Source of the DNA: Candidatus Velesiimonas alkalicola | Lineage (GTDB): Bacteria; Omnitrophota; Gorgyraeia; Velesiimonadales; Velesiimonadaceae | Length of the DNA stretch: 64,000 nucleotides | Assembly (NCBI GenBank): GCA_013626165.1 | Contig: NDHX01000008.1 | Location: forward strand, 3,316-67,315 | Direction of reading: 5' to 3' | In this document: piece by piece, positions 52,173 through 61,923 of the stretch | How the letters are laid out: each line of letters opens with the position of its first letter | How positions within the stretch are numbered: position 1 is the stretch's first letter | Notes under the pieces: generated by a model | Told to the model about the DNA's origin: nothing | Database searches by the model: none | What the model saw: the letters and a program-made list of their open reading frames with translations, nothing else | Translations under genes and position numbers: made by a program

Positions 52173-53803
52173 AATGTTTCACCTCCCCAAGTTTTTAGAT
52201 GTTTTTGTTCCAGTTCATTGTAATATGTAATTAAAAATTTCATACCTTTTACATTTTCAGGTATTGGTTTAATAAAACTTTCTTTTTCAATCTGCACATA
52301 TTTTGCCACAGCCTCCTTATAAGAAGTTTTTGTCAAAAACAGTGCACCGCTTATTGCGCAGCCAAGTGGGGCCGCATATTCGGAATTTTTTATAGTATAA
52401 CTTTTTGCGTTAAATGCATCTGAAATCCACTGTCGCAAAACAGGATTTTTTGAACCACCCGCCGCGATACAGAGTGTGTTCACTTTACTCAAGTGTGAGG
52501 AGTGAGCCTTAAGAGCAAGTGCAAAAGAGAGATGCAAGGCTCTTATGTTTGTTTCTTTTTCATCCTCCTTAAAATCATCTCTTACTATACCTTTTTTACA
52601 TAAAGGAGTAGATTCATCAAGAAGATAAGGGAGCATAATCTTATCTTGACTGCTTATCTCTGATTTGCCGACTGATTGGACATATAAATCCCAGTCTTTT
52701 TTTGTTATTTCGGCAATAGATGATTTTGTTATATATTTTTTTAAGAAATGTTCATGCACTTTTCCTCCATTGGTAAAAACACTTAAAGCCATTGCTCTTC
52801 CTCTGGTATAACCAAATATATTATATTCACCTGATATAGAGGGTGTAATTTCTTTTATTGCTCCATTAACCGTGTAGCTGCTTCCAAGAGAAATAACAAT
52901 ATTGCCACCACACCCTAATAATGTAGCAGGGTTATCCCCTGTCCCGACCAATACTGTGGCATGCGGATTAACCCCATATTTTTTAATAAAATAATTACAC
53001 ACACTTCCTGCTACTGTATCATAATCTACCATCTTGCCTATTTTTTCTTCAAGAGGTGAATAGAAACTGCTTTTATTCAAATAGCCATCAATACTTTTTA
53101 GAACAATCTTATTCCATTGGGGGTATTTAATATTAAGTGTATTCAGATTGGTGCCCCATCCATCGCCTGTGTCCACAGGTGCTATTTTGCCTATTAAAAT
53201 TGAAGTTAAAAACGCACTTAATAAAAATATATGTGAAGTTGCTTTATACTCTTCTGGCGATTCTTTTGCCCACTTTATTATCTGTGCCGCGGGAAATCTT
53301 AATTCTGCTTTATTGCCTGTTAGTTTAATGATTCTGTCTTTCTTTTTTAAAATACCTGTAAGAAATTTAACTTCTTCAATCGGACTTCTGTCTTCCCATA
53401 TCGGGATTGTACTTCTTGTAATACCAGGTTTTAATTGTTTAAGCAAACCATTTCCTGAATCTAAGTTTTTTAATATACACTTAAATAACCCATTAGCATA
53501 TACTGTACAGTGTTGCATTGCATCTATTTTAATAATGTATATCTGATTCAAATCTATACTGTCATTTAACAATTTCTTAAAAACACAATCAAGCGATTCA
53601 ATCAGCATATAAGAAGATGTATGTCTGATTTCAGGCAGAGTGTTTTTAAGTACCCCGCCTTCTGTATGATATTCTGGAAATTCCTTATCATAATCAAATT
53701 TATTCTTATAAACTGTATCTCCGCGTTCTATATCTAACACAATTAACTTTACTGATTGAGTACTAAACTCTATGCCCAATGAAAAAATTTTGTTGTTGCT
53801 CAT
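52160..53803 (-). CDS. xylB: FGGY-family sugar kinase (xylulokinase-like)
   Basis: STQS.K, MQH, PIW.D, GDNP, SLG.S, GG.S.N. Confidence 0.75.
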   Translation of the reverse strand: MSNNKIFSLGIEFSTQSVKLIVLDIERGDTVYKNKFDYDKEFPEYHTEGGVLKNTLPEIRHTSSYMLIESLDCVFKKLLNDSIDLNQIYIIKIDAMQHCTVYANGLFKCILKNLDSGNGLLKQLKPGITRSTIPIWEDRSPIEEVKFLTGILKKKDRIIKLTGNKAELRFPAAQIIKWAKESPEEYKATSHIFLLSAFLTSILIGKIAPVDTGDGWGTNLNTLNIKYPQWNKIVLKSIDGYLNKSSFYSPLEEKIGKMVDYDTVAGSVCNYFIKKYGVNPHATVLVGTGDNPATLLGCGGNIVISLGSSYTVNGAIKEITPSISGEYNIFGYTRGRAMALSVFTNGGKVHEHFLKKYITKSSIAEITKKDWDLYVQSVGKSEISSQDKIMLPYLLDESTPLCKKGIVRDDFKEDEKETNIRALHLSFALALKAHSSHLSKVNTLCIAAGGSKNPVLRQWISDAFNAKSYTIKNSEYAAPLGCAISGALFLTKTSYKEAVAKYVQIEKESFIKPIPENVKGMKFLITYYNELEQKHLKTWGGETLCIN

Positions 53804-53866
53804 AGATTAACCTATTGTTCTTATCATCAATCCCTAACAATTGTTGGCAGTGAATTCAAGCATATT

Positions 53867-54537
53867 CTATTTAATATTCAGCTCTCCCATAAGCATCTGC
53901 ATCGGGTCAGTATATTTTTTATAATCGGAGGGTACTTCAAATAATTCTTTTGCAGGAGAAATAAGTTTTATATCAGAGAATTCAATTACTATCTTTCCAT
54001 CGCTTGTCTCTACCTCAGATCGGATAGGCACACTGGGCTGAGATTTTGATAGCCAGTAATATGCTTTTATTTCTTGTTTGTCTGATTTTGTACTGATTTT
54101 ATATTTATCACAGACAACACCGTTAAGGGTTTCTTCTGCTATTTTTGTATATTCAATATCTTTGGGGATTATATTTATTTGTTCCTGAGAGATTTCTATG
54201 TATCCTTTTTTTGATGGATATAAAACCCAAAATAATTTTTTATCCTGTCTTATAATGACAACAGTTTCATTTAAGCCAAGTTCTTTTATCTCTGCTACTG
54301 TTGCGGCATCTAACCCAGATATTTTTGTTAAATCCATTTCTGTTCTTATATTGTCGCCCAATTTAGCAATTTTCAGACTTATTTTTTGATCCTGTGTTGT
54401 AAGTGTTATTGTACAATTACCTGAAAAATCTGCCGGTATAATTTTAAGCCCCAAAAGTTCAGGTACCTGTGTGTCAATATCCTGACAGTACAAAGCCCCC
54501 GAAACCGTTAACAAATAAAATACAACTAATTTTTCAT
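53867..54537 (-). pseudogene. Secreted protein (DUF4412/LolA-like); 1-nt frameshift just after the start codon
   Basis: RBS GGAGG then ATG AAA AAT TAG. One extra A would give MKKLVVFYLLTVSGALYC in frame with the ORF. Contains ET.NG..C.KY and FEVP.DY. Confidence 0.6.
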
Positions 54538-54554
54538 ATCCCTCCTTTAAGTTG

Positions 54555-55358
54555 TTATGATTTGACTGCCCTTAAAAGCCCTTCTACGAAAAAGGCTGTT
54601 TTTCCTAATATGTCTTTTGAGTGGACATTCTCCTGGATTTTTTTCACAATTGCGCTTCCTACAATAACGCCGTCGCAATGTTGAGCAAGTGTTTTCGCCT
54701 GTTGAGGATTTGATATCCCGAATCCCACACATATGGGTCTGTGTGTAAGGCTTTTAATAAACTTTATCTCTTCTACTAATTGTTCAGGGAGTTCTTTTCT
54801 TTCACCTGTAACACCAACTACACTTACATAATATATAAAACCTGTCCCTTTCTTTGCGACTATCCTGATCCTTTTTTTAGAACTTGTTGGGGTAAGCAAA
54901 AATATTGTATTAAGAGAATACTTTTTTGCAATATCTATAATCTCTTGTGCTTCTTCGGGCGGGAGGTCCGGAATAATTACACCATCAACACCGTTTTTGG
55001 TTGCATCCTGGACAAACTTTTTAATCCCATAAACAAATATTGGGTTATAGTATGCCATAAGAACAATAGGAATTTTTATTTTTTCTCTTAATTCTTTTAC
55101 CATCTGAATTATGATTTTGAGACTCACACCCTTTTCTAATGCTTTCTGCGATGCCATCTGTATAACAGGTCCGTCTGCAATGGGGTCTGAGAATGGAACA
55201 CCGAGCTCAACAATATCACACCCAATTTTTTCAAACTTTTGGACCAAAATCTTTGTTGTTTTTATGTCAGGGTACCCTGCTGTTATATATGGAATAAAAG
55301 CCTTTCTGTTTTGTTTTTTTAGTCTTTCAAATGTCTGATCAATCCTGTTTTTTGTCAT
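54555..55358 (-). CDS. trpA: Tryptophan synthase alpha subunit
   Basis: ELGVPFSDP.ADGP.IQ, PDLP.EE, GVTG, GFGI, VGSA. Confidence 0.96.
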   Translation of the reverse strand: MTKNRIDQTFERLKKQNRKAFIPYITAGYPDIKTTKILVQKFEKIGCDIVELGVPFSDPIADGPVIQMASQKALEKGVSLKIIIQMVKELREKIKIPIVLMAYYNPIFVYGIKKFVQDATKNGVDGVIIPDLPPEEAQEIIDIAKKYSLNTIFLLTPTSSKKRIRIVAKKGTGFIYYVSVVGVTGERKELPEQLVEEIKFIKSLTHRPICVGFGISNPQQAKTLAQHCDGVIVGSAIVKKIQENVHSKDILGKTAFFVEGLLRAVKS

Positions 55359-55442
55359 ATGTATCTTTTTTACTTCACCCAGAAGTGTCCTCATGAGGGC
55401 GAACCTGTAAGTTTTAATATATTGTAAATAAATAAATTATGT

Positions 55443-56291
55443 TTATATCTTTGCTTTTCTTAACATTGCAAGCACCCTGTCTAAATCATCCAATGAAAAG
55501 TATTCTATCTCAATATGTCCCCTTTTCTTTCCGTGTGTAATCCTTACCCTCGTTCCCAATATCTGCTGTAGTTCTTGTTCAAGTTGGACAATGTTCTGGT
55601 CCTTTGACAACTTTGTTTTTTTGCCTGAAATAATATTTTTTAGCACATTTTCTAACCGTCTTACTGACCATTCAAAGTTTATTGTTTTGTTAGATATTGA
55701 AATCTGGGTTTTCGGGTTTTCAATAGACAGAAGTGCTTTTGCATGTCCCATTGATAGTGTTCCACGTGAAATATTATCTTGAATTATCTGCGGAAGTTTT
55801 AAAATTCTTAAGCAGTTTGCAACAGTAGACCTATCTTTTCCAACTCTTTGCGCAACAACATCTTGTGTAAAACCAAAGTCTTTGACGAGTTTTTCATATC
55901 CTTTCGCTTCTTCTATGGGATTTAAATCCTGTCTCTGTAGGTTTTCAATAAGAGCGTATTCTAAAAGTTCTGTATCAGTAACATCTTTTATAAGGGCCGG
56001 AATGTCTTTTATTTCAAGGGATTTTACTGCCCTGTGTCTTCTTTCTCCGGCTATTATTTCATATTTTTCTCCACAGCGTCGCACAAGTATGGGCTGGACA
56101 ACGCCATTTTCTCTTATGGAGGCGATTAAATTATTCAATTTTTCTTCATCAAATTTTTCTCTGGGCTGAAATCTATTGGGTATAATTTTTTCTACCGGAA
56201 TGTTTATTACCCTTTCTCCCTCAATATCTGCTGTCTTATTTTGTTCTGATATAAGAACACTCAATCCTTTACCGAGAGACTTTTTTCCCAT
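55443..56291 (-). CDS. parB: Chromosome partitioning protein ParB
   Basis: LGKGL, QPR, GVVQPI, IAGERR, ENLQR.DL. Confidence 0.96.
   Translation of the reverse strand: MGKKSLGKGLSVLISEQNKTADIEGERVINIPVEKIIPNRFQPREKFDEEKLNNLIASIRENGVVQPILVRRCGEKYEIIAGERRHRAVKSLEIKDIPALIKDVTDTELLEYALIENLQRQDLNPIEEAKGYEKLVKDFGFTQDVVAQRVGKDRSTVANCLRILKLPQIIQDNISRGTLSMGHAKALLSIENPKTQISISNKTINFEWSVRRLENVLKNIISGKKTKLSKDQNIVQLEQELQQILGTRVRITHGKKRGHIEIEYFSLDDLDRVLAMLRKAKI
55758..55773. promoter_or_regulatory. parS-like site inside parB
   Basis: TGTTCCACGTGAAATA, one mismatch from the parS consensus. Confidence 0.7.
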
Positions 56292-56407
56292 ATATCCCCT
56301 TTCCTTAAGACGACTGGTAAGTGGTGACAAATAACCGGTAACCGGTGACTGGAAAATAAAAAATAATAAAAACTCCTTTCCCTGTTGCCTGCCACCAGTC
56401 TCGCCTA

Positions 56408-57211
56408 TCACCTGTTATTGGGGCTTGGTAGCGGTCCAGCTATCCCACATTTTTGTTTTCTTAAAAATTCTTCTCCAAATTCCTTGTATTTTATTGCGCC
56501 GGTACAAAATGGTTCATAAAGACTTATGGGCTTATTAAAACTCGGGGCTTCACTTAATTTTATTGTTCTTGGGATAACAGTGTCATAAGCCTTGTTGTTG
56601 AAGTATTGTCTGACATCACTTATGATCTCTGTAGAAAATCTTGTTCTATGATCAGCCATTGTAAGGAGCACCCCCTCAATTTCAAGAACAGGATTTAAAC
56701 TGCGTTTTATCCTTTGAATAGTATCTATTAATTGGACAACCCCTTCTAATGCAAAATATTCACATTGAAGGGGTATAAGAATGGAATGAGACCCTACCAA
56801 AGCATTTATCGTCAAAAGTCCCAAAGAAGGGGGACAGTCTAATATTATAAAGTCATAAGAAGACCGAAGATTTTCTATCGAATTTTTTATTCTAAATTCC
56901 CGTCCCAGCACAGAAACAAGCTCCAATTCTGCTCCTACAAGGTTTATGTTGGAGGGAATTATAAATAGGTTTTCAATAAGGATAGGGATCACTGCTTCTT
57001 GCGGTTGAATATGTTGCATTATTACATCATAAGTGTTGTATTTTATATTTTTTTTGTCTACACCAAGCCCACTTGTTGCATTTGCCTGCGGGTCGCAATC
57101 TACTATAAGCGTCTTTTTACCGCTCTGAGACAAAAAAGCACTTAAATTTATTGCAGTGGTGGTTTTTCCAACACCACCTTTTTGGTTGCAAACAGAGATA
57201 GTTTTACTCAC
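56408..57211 (-). CDS. parA: ParA/Soj ATPase
   Basis: NQKGGVGKTTT, DPQ.NAT, DCPPSLG, QCEY.ALEG. Confidence 0.96.
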   Translation of the reverse strand: MSKTISVCNQKGGVGKTTTAINLSAFLSQSGKKTLIVDCDPQANATSGLGVDKKNIKYNTYDVIMQHIQPQEAVIPILIENLFIIPSNINLVGAELELVSVLGREFRIKNSIENLRSSYDFIILDCPPSLGLLTINALVGSHSILIPLQCEYFALEGVVQLIDTIQRIKRSLNPVLEIEGVLLTMADHRTRFSTEIISDVRQYFNNKAYDTVIPRTIKLSEAPSFNKPISLYEPFCTGAIKYKEFGEEFLRKQKCGIAGPLPSPNNR

Positions 57212-57314
57212 AATATTTCCTGTTGATGCTAAAAGGCCCCGTTGCACGACCCCCATAGAATAGGTGACTGGCGACCGGCGGTAACAGGTGACAAAGAAAA
57301 ATAATAAATGACCT

Positions 57315-57455
57315 CAATTCCACACCCAGGGAGTATCCGAAGATACAAATTCCACACCCAAAGGGTGCCCGAATTTCCAAAAGTTTGGTTATTGTAATTT
57401 GGTCATTGAATATTGTTTGGTGCTTCGGGTACCCTCTGGGTGTGTGATTTGTATC
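57315..57455. repeat. TTCGGGTACCC-TTTGGGTGTG repeat family (three copies here, one at 46961-46992)
   Basis: Reverse copies at 57315-57342 and 57346-57373, forward copy at 57420-57451; 57342-57373 and 57424-57455 form a long inverted repeat. Confidence 0.8.
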
Positions 57456-57488
57456 CTGGTGCTTGTGGGTTATGCTCACAGACTCTAG

Positions 57489-57504
57489 TGTTCCACGTGG
57501 AACA
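57489..57504. promoter_or_regulatory. parS centromere
   Basis: Perfect palindrome TGTTCCACGTGGAACA upstream of parA. Confidence 0.95.
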
Positions 57505-57664
57505 TTAACAGTTTGGAACTGTTGTATAACCCTATTTTTAGATGGCCCTTTTTTACAAAAGGGAAATACCCGTCACTTCGGGGCAGCCCCTTTCCTAAAA
57601 GGGGAATGAAATACTTGTTTTATCCACATGTCGGAATTTCAGGTTTTTTGTTTTTCATTTATAA

Positions 57665-59254
57665 TTATTTTTGAAGTTTATGTGTGACTAATATTTGTAT
57701 TCCTGAATTGACAAGTGTGCTTGTAAGAAAATTCAGAATAAATCCGGAGGGCATAGAATAGAATGCAAAACCAAGTATAAGAGGCATAATATAAACCAGC
57801 ATCTTTTGGCTTGGTTCTGTAACTGTTTGTGTTGATGTAAGAGTTTGTTGTAGATACATTGCACCTATAACAAAAACAGGCAGCATATTGAGCCATTCAC
57901 CTATAACAGGTAAAGAAAATGGAAGACGAAAGGCTTTATCCGGACCCGCCAAATCTTTTATCCATAGAAATTGCGCCCCCCTTAATTCTACCGATCTCAT
58001 TAGGACTTGATATAATGCAAAAAATATAGGAATTTGAAGAAGCATTGGTAGACATCCACCAAATGGATTTACTTTGTGTTTTTTATAGGTTTCCATCAGC
58101 TCAGTATTCATTTTTTGAGGATTATCCTTGTGTTTTTCTCTTATTTCTTGCATCTTGGGTTGTATTTCTTGCATTTTTTTCATAGAAATAGCACTCTTTA
58201 TAGAAAGCGGAGACAAAACAATAGAAATGAATATTGATAAAAATATTATGGCTATCCCATAATTTTTTGTCCAGGAGTACACCCAGTTTAAGGTTGCCAA
58301 AAGCATTCTTGATATCACATGTAGCATACCTAATTCGGCAATTTTTGTTGCTGTGGGGTCTATTTTTTTAAGATTTTCATAATTTATTGGCCCTACATAT
58401 AATTTAAAGTTTTCGGAATACTCCCCTTCAGGTTTTAATGTTAAAATTTGGGACCTTAATCCTACAACTCCTCTATCGTCTTCCAAATTTGAGTAAACGA
58501 CCGCAGAACCAGGTCTACCCTCCGGCTTTAATAAAACACAGAAATATCTGCTTCTTATACTTACCCAGTTTGTCTGTCCAACCCTTTCTTTTAACTGGGA
58601 AAGAGCCCTTCTAAATGGTTCTTTATAAAACCTTTGGTTTGTAAAACTAAGAACCTCTATAAGTGCTTTATCGTTGGGTGCATCTATAGAAATGCCAGAT
58701 GCACAACCTATTGTATAATAGGCTGTTATGTCTGACTCAGACAAATTTTTAAGTTTTAGACTTAAATGAAGAACATTTTCATCAGTCTCTTGTATTTCTC
58801 TTATAACTTCTATCCCTTCTTCATATATCCCAGTGAAAGTAGCTTTTAAACGTCCTATATTTGTTTTAAAGTCTGTTGGTGAGATATTTATGGGTTTATT
58901 ATCTTTTACAATTGTCAAATTAAAGGAAAAAGGGCTTATCTGGCTCATATCGTCAGCATTTATAATGGCAAGAGGGTGCGGTTCCCCTATTACTTCATGT
59001 TTTTCAGACGCAACCTTTCTTATAGAGCCATCGTTTTTACTAAAATCCAGAAGAAAACTTTCTGTCTGAAAAGGTATTCTTTTGTGGACAACTTCTTTTT
59101 TTATAACATTTTGATAACCAATGTATTGTGGCGGTTCAACCTGTTGTATCTGTGGGGGCTCTTTCTGTCTGTGTGTTATTTTACTCATATACCAGGGATA
59201 AAAAAGCATAAATGCAATCAATATTATCATTGCCACAATATATCTTGGATTCAT
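57665..59254 (-). CDS. yidC: Membrane protein insertase
   Basis: YVGP, NYG.AII, P...SM..MQ..QP, NPFGGCLP.L.Q.PIF, W..DL..PD. Confidence 0.95.
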   Translation of the reverse strand: MNPRYIVAMIILIAFMLFYPWYMSKITHRQKEPPQIQQVEPPQYIGYQNVIKKEVVHKRIPFQTESFLLDFSKNDGSIRKVASEKHEVIGEPHPLAIINADDMSQISPFSFNLTIVKDNKPINISPTDFKTNIGRLKATFTGIYEEGIEVIREIQETDENVLHLSLKLKNLSESDITAYYTIGCASGISIDAPNDKALIEVLSFTNQRFYKEPFRRALSQLKERVGQTNWVSIRSRYFCVLLKPEGRPGSAVVYSNLEDDRGVVGLRSQILTLKPEGEYSENFKLYVGPINYENLKKIDPTATKIAELGMLHVISRMLLATLNWVYSWTKNYGIAIIFLSIFISIVLSPLSIKSAISMKKMQEIQPKMQEIREKHKDNPQKMNTELMETYKKHKVNPFGGCLPMLLQIPIFFALYQVLMRSVELRGAQFLWIKDLAGPDKAFRLPFSLPVIGEWLNMLPVFVIGAMYLQQTLTSTQTVTEPSQKMLVYIMPLILGFAFYSMPSGFILNFLTSTLVNSGIQILVTHKLQK

Positions 59255-59336
59255 CGTTTAATCCTCCCGCTCTTGGTCAATGGTAGCTGGTAACTGGCGA
59301 CTGTGGACTAAATTTTTCTCTCTCACCTGTTACCCG

Positions 59337-59576
59337 TCACAAGTCACCTGTCCTTTGTCGCCTGTCACCTGTTGGGTCATAACCGCCCTTGCACAGTGGG
59401 TTACATCTTATTATTCTTTTAACAGATAAAACCAGTGCCTTGCAGAAACAAAATTTTTCAAATACCTGAATAATGTATTCTGAACAGGTCGGATAAAACC
59501 TGCAACAACCAATAGGCAGGACGAGCCTTCTTATAAAGATAAGTATTCTAATAAATTTTATAAGTACATTATTCAT
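59337..59576 (-). CDS. yidD: Membrane protein insertion efficiency factor
   Basis: CRFYPTCSEY, RI.RCNP...GGYDP. Confidence 0.92.
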   Translation of the reverse strand: MNNVLIKFIRILIFIRRLVLPIGCCRFYPTCSEYIIQVFEKFCFCKALVLSVKRIIRCNPLCKGGYDPTGDRRQRTGDL

Positions 59577-59941
59577 GTCTTAAACAGTTTCTCCATCTCA
59601 TCTTTTATTGTTGCAAATAAACCCTGCTTCTCGTAAAACTTAAGAGCTGTGGGCGAACGGGGAACGGCCTGTTTTTTTGTTAACAAAATCATTTGAGGCT
59701 TTACGAATACAATAATATCAAGTCCTTGTTTCAGGTTAGAGGAGACTTGTCTTAAGGCTTCTCTGAGCAACCTTCTTATCCTGTTTCTGCGCACAGCAGA
59801 CTTACATTTTTTTTTACTTATTATAAAAGCAGCCCTTGTTTTATCTGTGCCTTCAATAAAACACAAAACAAGATACCTGCCCTTTTTGTAAACACCTTGC
59901 TCTGTTACGGTTTTAAACCACTTTTGTTGTTTGTTTTTCAT
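59573..59941 (-). CDS. rnpA: RNase P protein
   Basis: ISKK...SAV.RNRIRR.LRE. Confidence 0.88.
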   Translation of the reverse strand: MKNKQQKWFKTVTEQGVYKKGRYLVLCFIEGTDKTRAAFIISKKKCKSAVRRNRIRRLLREALRQVSSNLKQGLDIIVFVKPQMILLTKKQAVPRSPTALKFYEKQGLFATIKDEMEKLFKT

Positions 59942-59960
59942 GCCCGTAAGGCTTTGCTTT

Positions 59961-60098
59961 TTAAACTGTTAATTTATGTCTTCCTTTTTGTCTTCGTCTT
60001 TTCAGGACCTTCCTTCCATCTTGAGTGGACATTCTTGCACGAAAACCATGAACTCTTTTTCTGTGAATATTAGATGGTGTTTTTAATTTTTTTTTCAT
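59961..60098 (-). CDS. rpmH: 50S ribosomal protein L34
   Basis: Hand translation [45 protein letters not shown] (45 aa, below the ORF-track cutoff). Confidence 0.95.
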   Translation of the reverse strand: MKKKLKTPSNIHRKRVHGFRARMSTQDGRKVLKRRRQKGRHKLTV

Positions 60099-60161
60099 CT
60101 CTTATCCTTTCTAAAATTTCATTTTAGATTTCCGCGTAAGATACGCAATAAAGGATTTATT

Positions 60162-60213
60162 ATTATAACCTTTAAAAAATCTTCTTGCAAGTTTCCTGAA
60201 ATAATGGTAATAT
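60162..60213. promoter_or_regulatory. Second bidirectional sigma70 promoter sharing a palindromic -35
   Basis: ATTATA(60162-67)-17 bp-TTGCAA(60185-90)-17 bp-TAATAT(60208-13). Confidence 0.75.
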
Positions 60214-60216
60214 TAT

Positions 60217-60496
60217 GTGAAGAAAAAGGGGTGCGATATGCCTTCACATTTTAAGCAAGAGATAATTCTTGGACTTGATGTTATAGATAAAGACCATAAG
60301 GAAATATTTAAACGGATAGATACCCTTCTAACAATGTGTGAAAATGATCGTTACGAGTGAAGAAAAAGGGGTGCGATATGCCTTCACATTTTAAGCAAGA
60401 GATAATTCTTGGACTTGATGTTATAGATAAAGACCACAAGGAAATATTTAAACGGACAGATACTCTTCTAACAATGTGTGAAAATGATCGTTACGA
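60217..60496 (+). repeat. 140-bp tandem duplication of the hemerythrin 5' end
   Basis: 60217-60356 versus 60357-60496, three C/T differences. Confidence 0.95.
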
Positions 60497-60785
60497 TCAG
60501 ACAATAAAAGACACAGCAAGTTTTTTAAGTAAGTATGTTATAAGGCATTTCCAAACAGAAGAGCATCTTGCAAAAGAACACCGTTGGCCATTGTATGTTG
60601 AACTATTCAGTGAGCACGAACATTTTAAAAAAGAACTCGCCGATATAATAGATAAAATATCAAAACAGGGTATAGATAAAAAACTTATGCTGCATATGAA
60701 TGTTATGTTAGTGGACTGGTGGGTGGGTCATATAAATAATATTGACAGAGAACTTGTAGATTTCTTAAAAACCAAAATTAAATGA
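60378..60785 (+). CDS. Bacteriohemerythrin
   Basis: G...ID.DH, HF..EE, EH..F, W.V.HI...D. Confidence 0.88.
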   Translation: MPSHFKQEIILGLDVIDKDHKEIFKRTDTLLTMCENDRYDQTIKDTASFLSKYVIRHFQTEEHLAKEHRWPLYVELFSEHEHFKKELADIIDKISKQGIDKKLMLHMNVMLVDWWVGHINNIDRELVDFLKTKIK

Positions 60786-60786
60786 T

Positions 60787-61785
60787 ATGGAACAAAACAT
60801 CTCACATAAATTTATTAACGGACTTAAAGAGGGTGAATTTGTGGACGGCATTTATGTTGTGAGAGAAAAACAAGTGCCCACTACAAAAAAAGGAGACCTT
60901 TATCTTACACTTGTCCTTTCTGATAAAACAGGTTGCATTGAAGCAAGAAAATGGGATATAACCAGAAATCTTGCCGATACCATAAATGTGGCCGATTATG
61001 TCCGAATAACAGGTGTTGTTGGCTCATATAGAAAACAGTTACAACTGAACATAAGCAACTTTATTCGTACAGAATCAAAAAATATTAACCCTTCCTTATA
61101 TATTCCCACCACAGATAAAGACATAGAAGAACTCTGGGATAAACTTATTTCTGTGATAAAGCAAATAAAAAATCCGTATATTGTGAAACTCTTTGAAAAT
61201 CTTTTTAGGGATGAAAAAATGTCCGTTGCGTTTAAAACAGCACCCGCCGCTGTGGAATTCCATCATGCATACTTGGGCGGACTTCTTGAGCATACAGTAT
61301 CTATGCTTAACATTGCCGAGGTTCTAATAGAGTTTTATCCGATATTGGACAGAGATATCCTTATTGCCGGCATTGTTCTGCATGACATCGGTAAGACAGA
61401 AGAGCTGGCATATGATACCACGATATATTATACAGACAGTGGAAAACTTATCGGGCATATTATACTTGGCGCAACAATCGCAAAAGGGCTTATTGACCGC
61501 ATAGAAAACTTTCCCAAAAGCATAGAAAATATTATTCTTCATTTAATATTAAGTCACCATGGAGAGATAGAATGGGGCGCTCCCAAAAGGCCTCAATGCA
61601 CAGAAGCAATTGCCGTTCACCACATTGACAACATAGATGCAAAACTTGCAGGATTTGAAAATATATTAAAAAAAGACAAAGACCCTACCTCTGCCTGGAC
61701 AGAATACAGCAAAATGTTTGACCACCAACTTTATAAAGGAATATACTTTCTGGATAATAATGAAATTGGCCCGGAAGATAAATAA
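60787..61785 (+). CDS. OB-fold + HD 3'-5' exoribonuclease (YhaM-like)
   Basis: L.DKTG, PAA..HHAY.GGL.EH, LHDIGK, G.L.GHI, SHHG..EWG.P. Confidence 0.9.
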   Translation: MEQNISHKFINGLKEGEFVDGIYVVREKQVPTTKKGDLYLTLVLSDKTGCIEARKWDITRNLADTINVADYVRITGVVGSYRKQLQLNISNFIRTESKNINPSLYIPTTDKDIEELWDKLISVIKQIKNPYIVKLFENLFRDEKMSVAFKTAPAAVEFHHAYLGGLLEHTVSMLNIAEVLIEFYPILDRDILIAGIVLHDIGKTEELAYDTTIYYTDSGKLIGHIILGATIAKGLIDRIENFPKSIENIILHLILSHHGEIEWGAPKRPQCTEAIAVHHIDNIDAKLAGFENILKKDKDPTSAWTEYSKMFDHQLYKGIYFLDNNEIGPEDK

Positions 61786-61923
61786 AGCCTATCTTGTATA
61801 AGTAGAAAAAGTCAATAAAAAGTAAAAAGCAAACAATTTACATATTTTGGTGTGTCTATTAAGTTAATAATGTATCAAAAAGCCGACCAGATTCGTCTCT
61901 TGTCGGGCACATAAGGAGGTGCT

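Noticed and set aside
56292-56411. N-terminal extensions of ParB, ParA, DapL and FdhD in the ORF track
   Set aside because: They are encoded by intergenic repeats or spacer DNA; downstream starts match the family N-termini
60217-60496. DGR template/variable repeat pair
   Set aside because: The three differences are not all at template adenines in either orientation, the repeat is at the gene 5' end, and no reverse transcriptase is present
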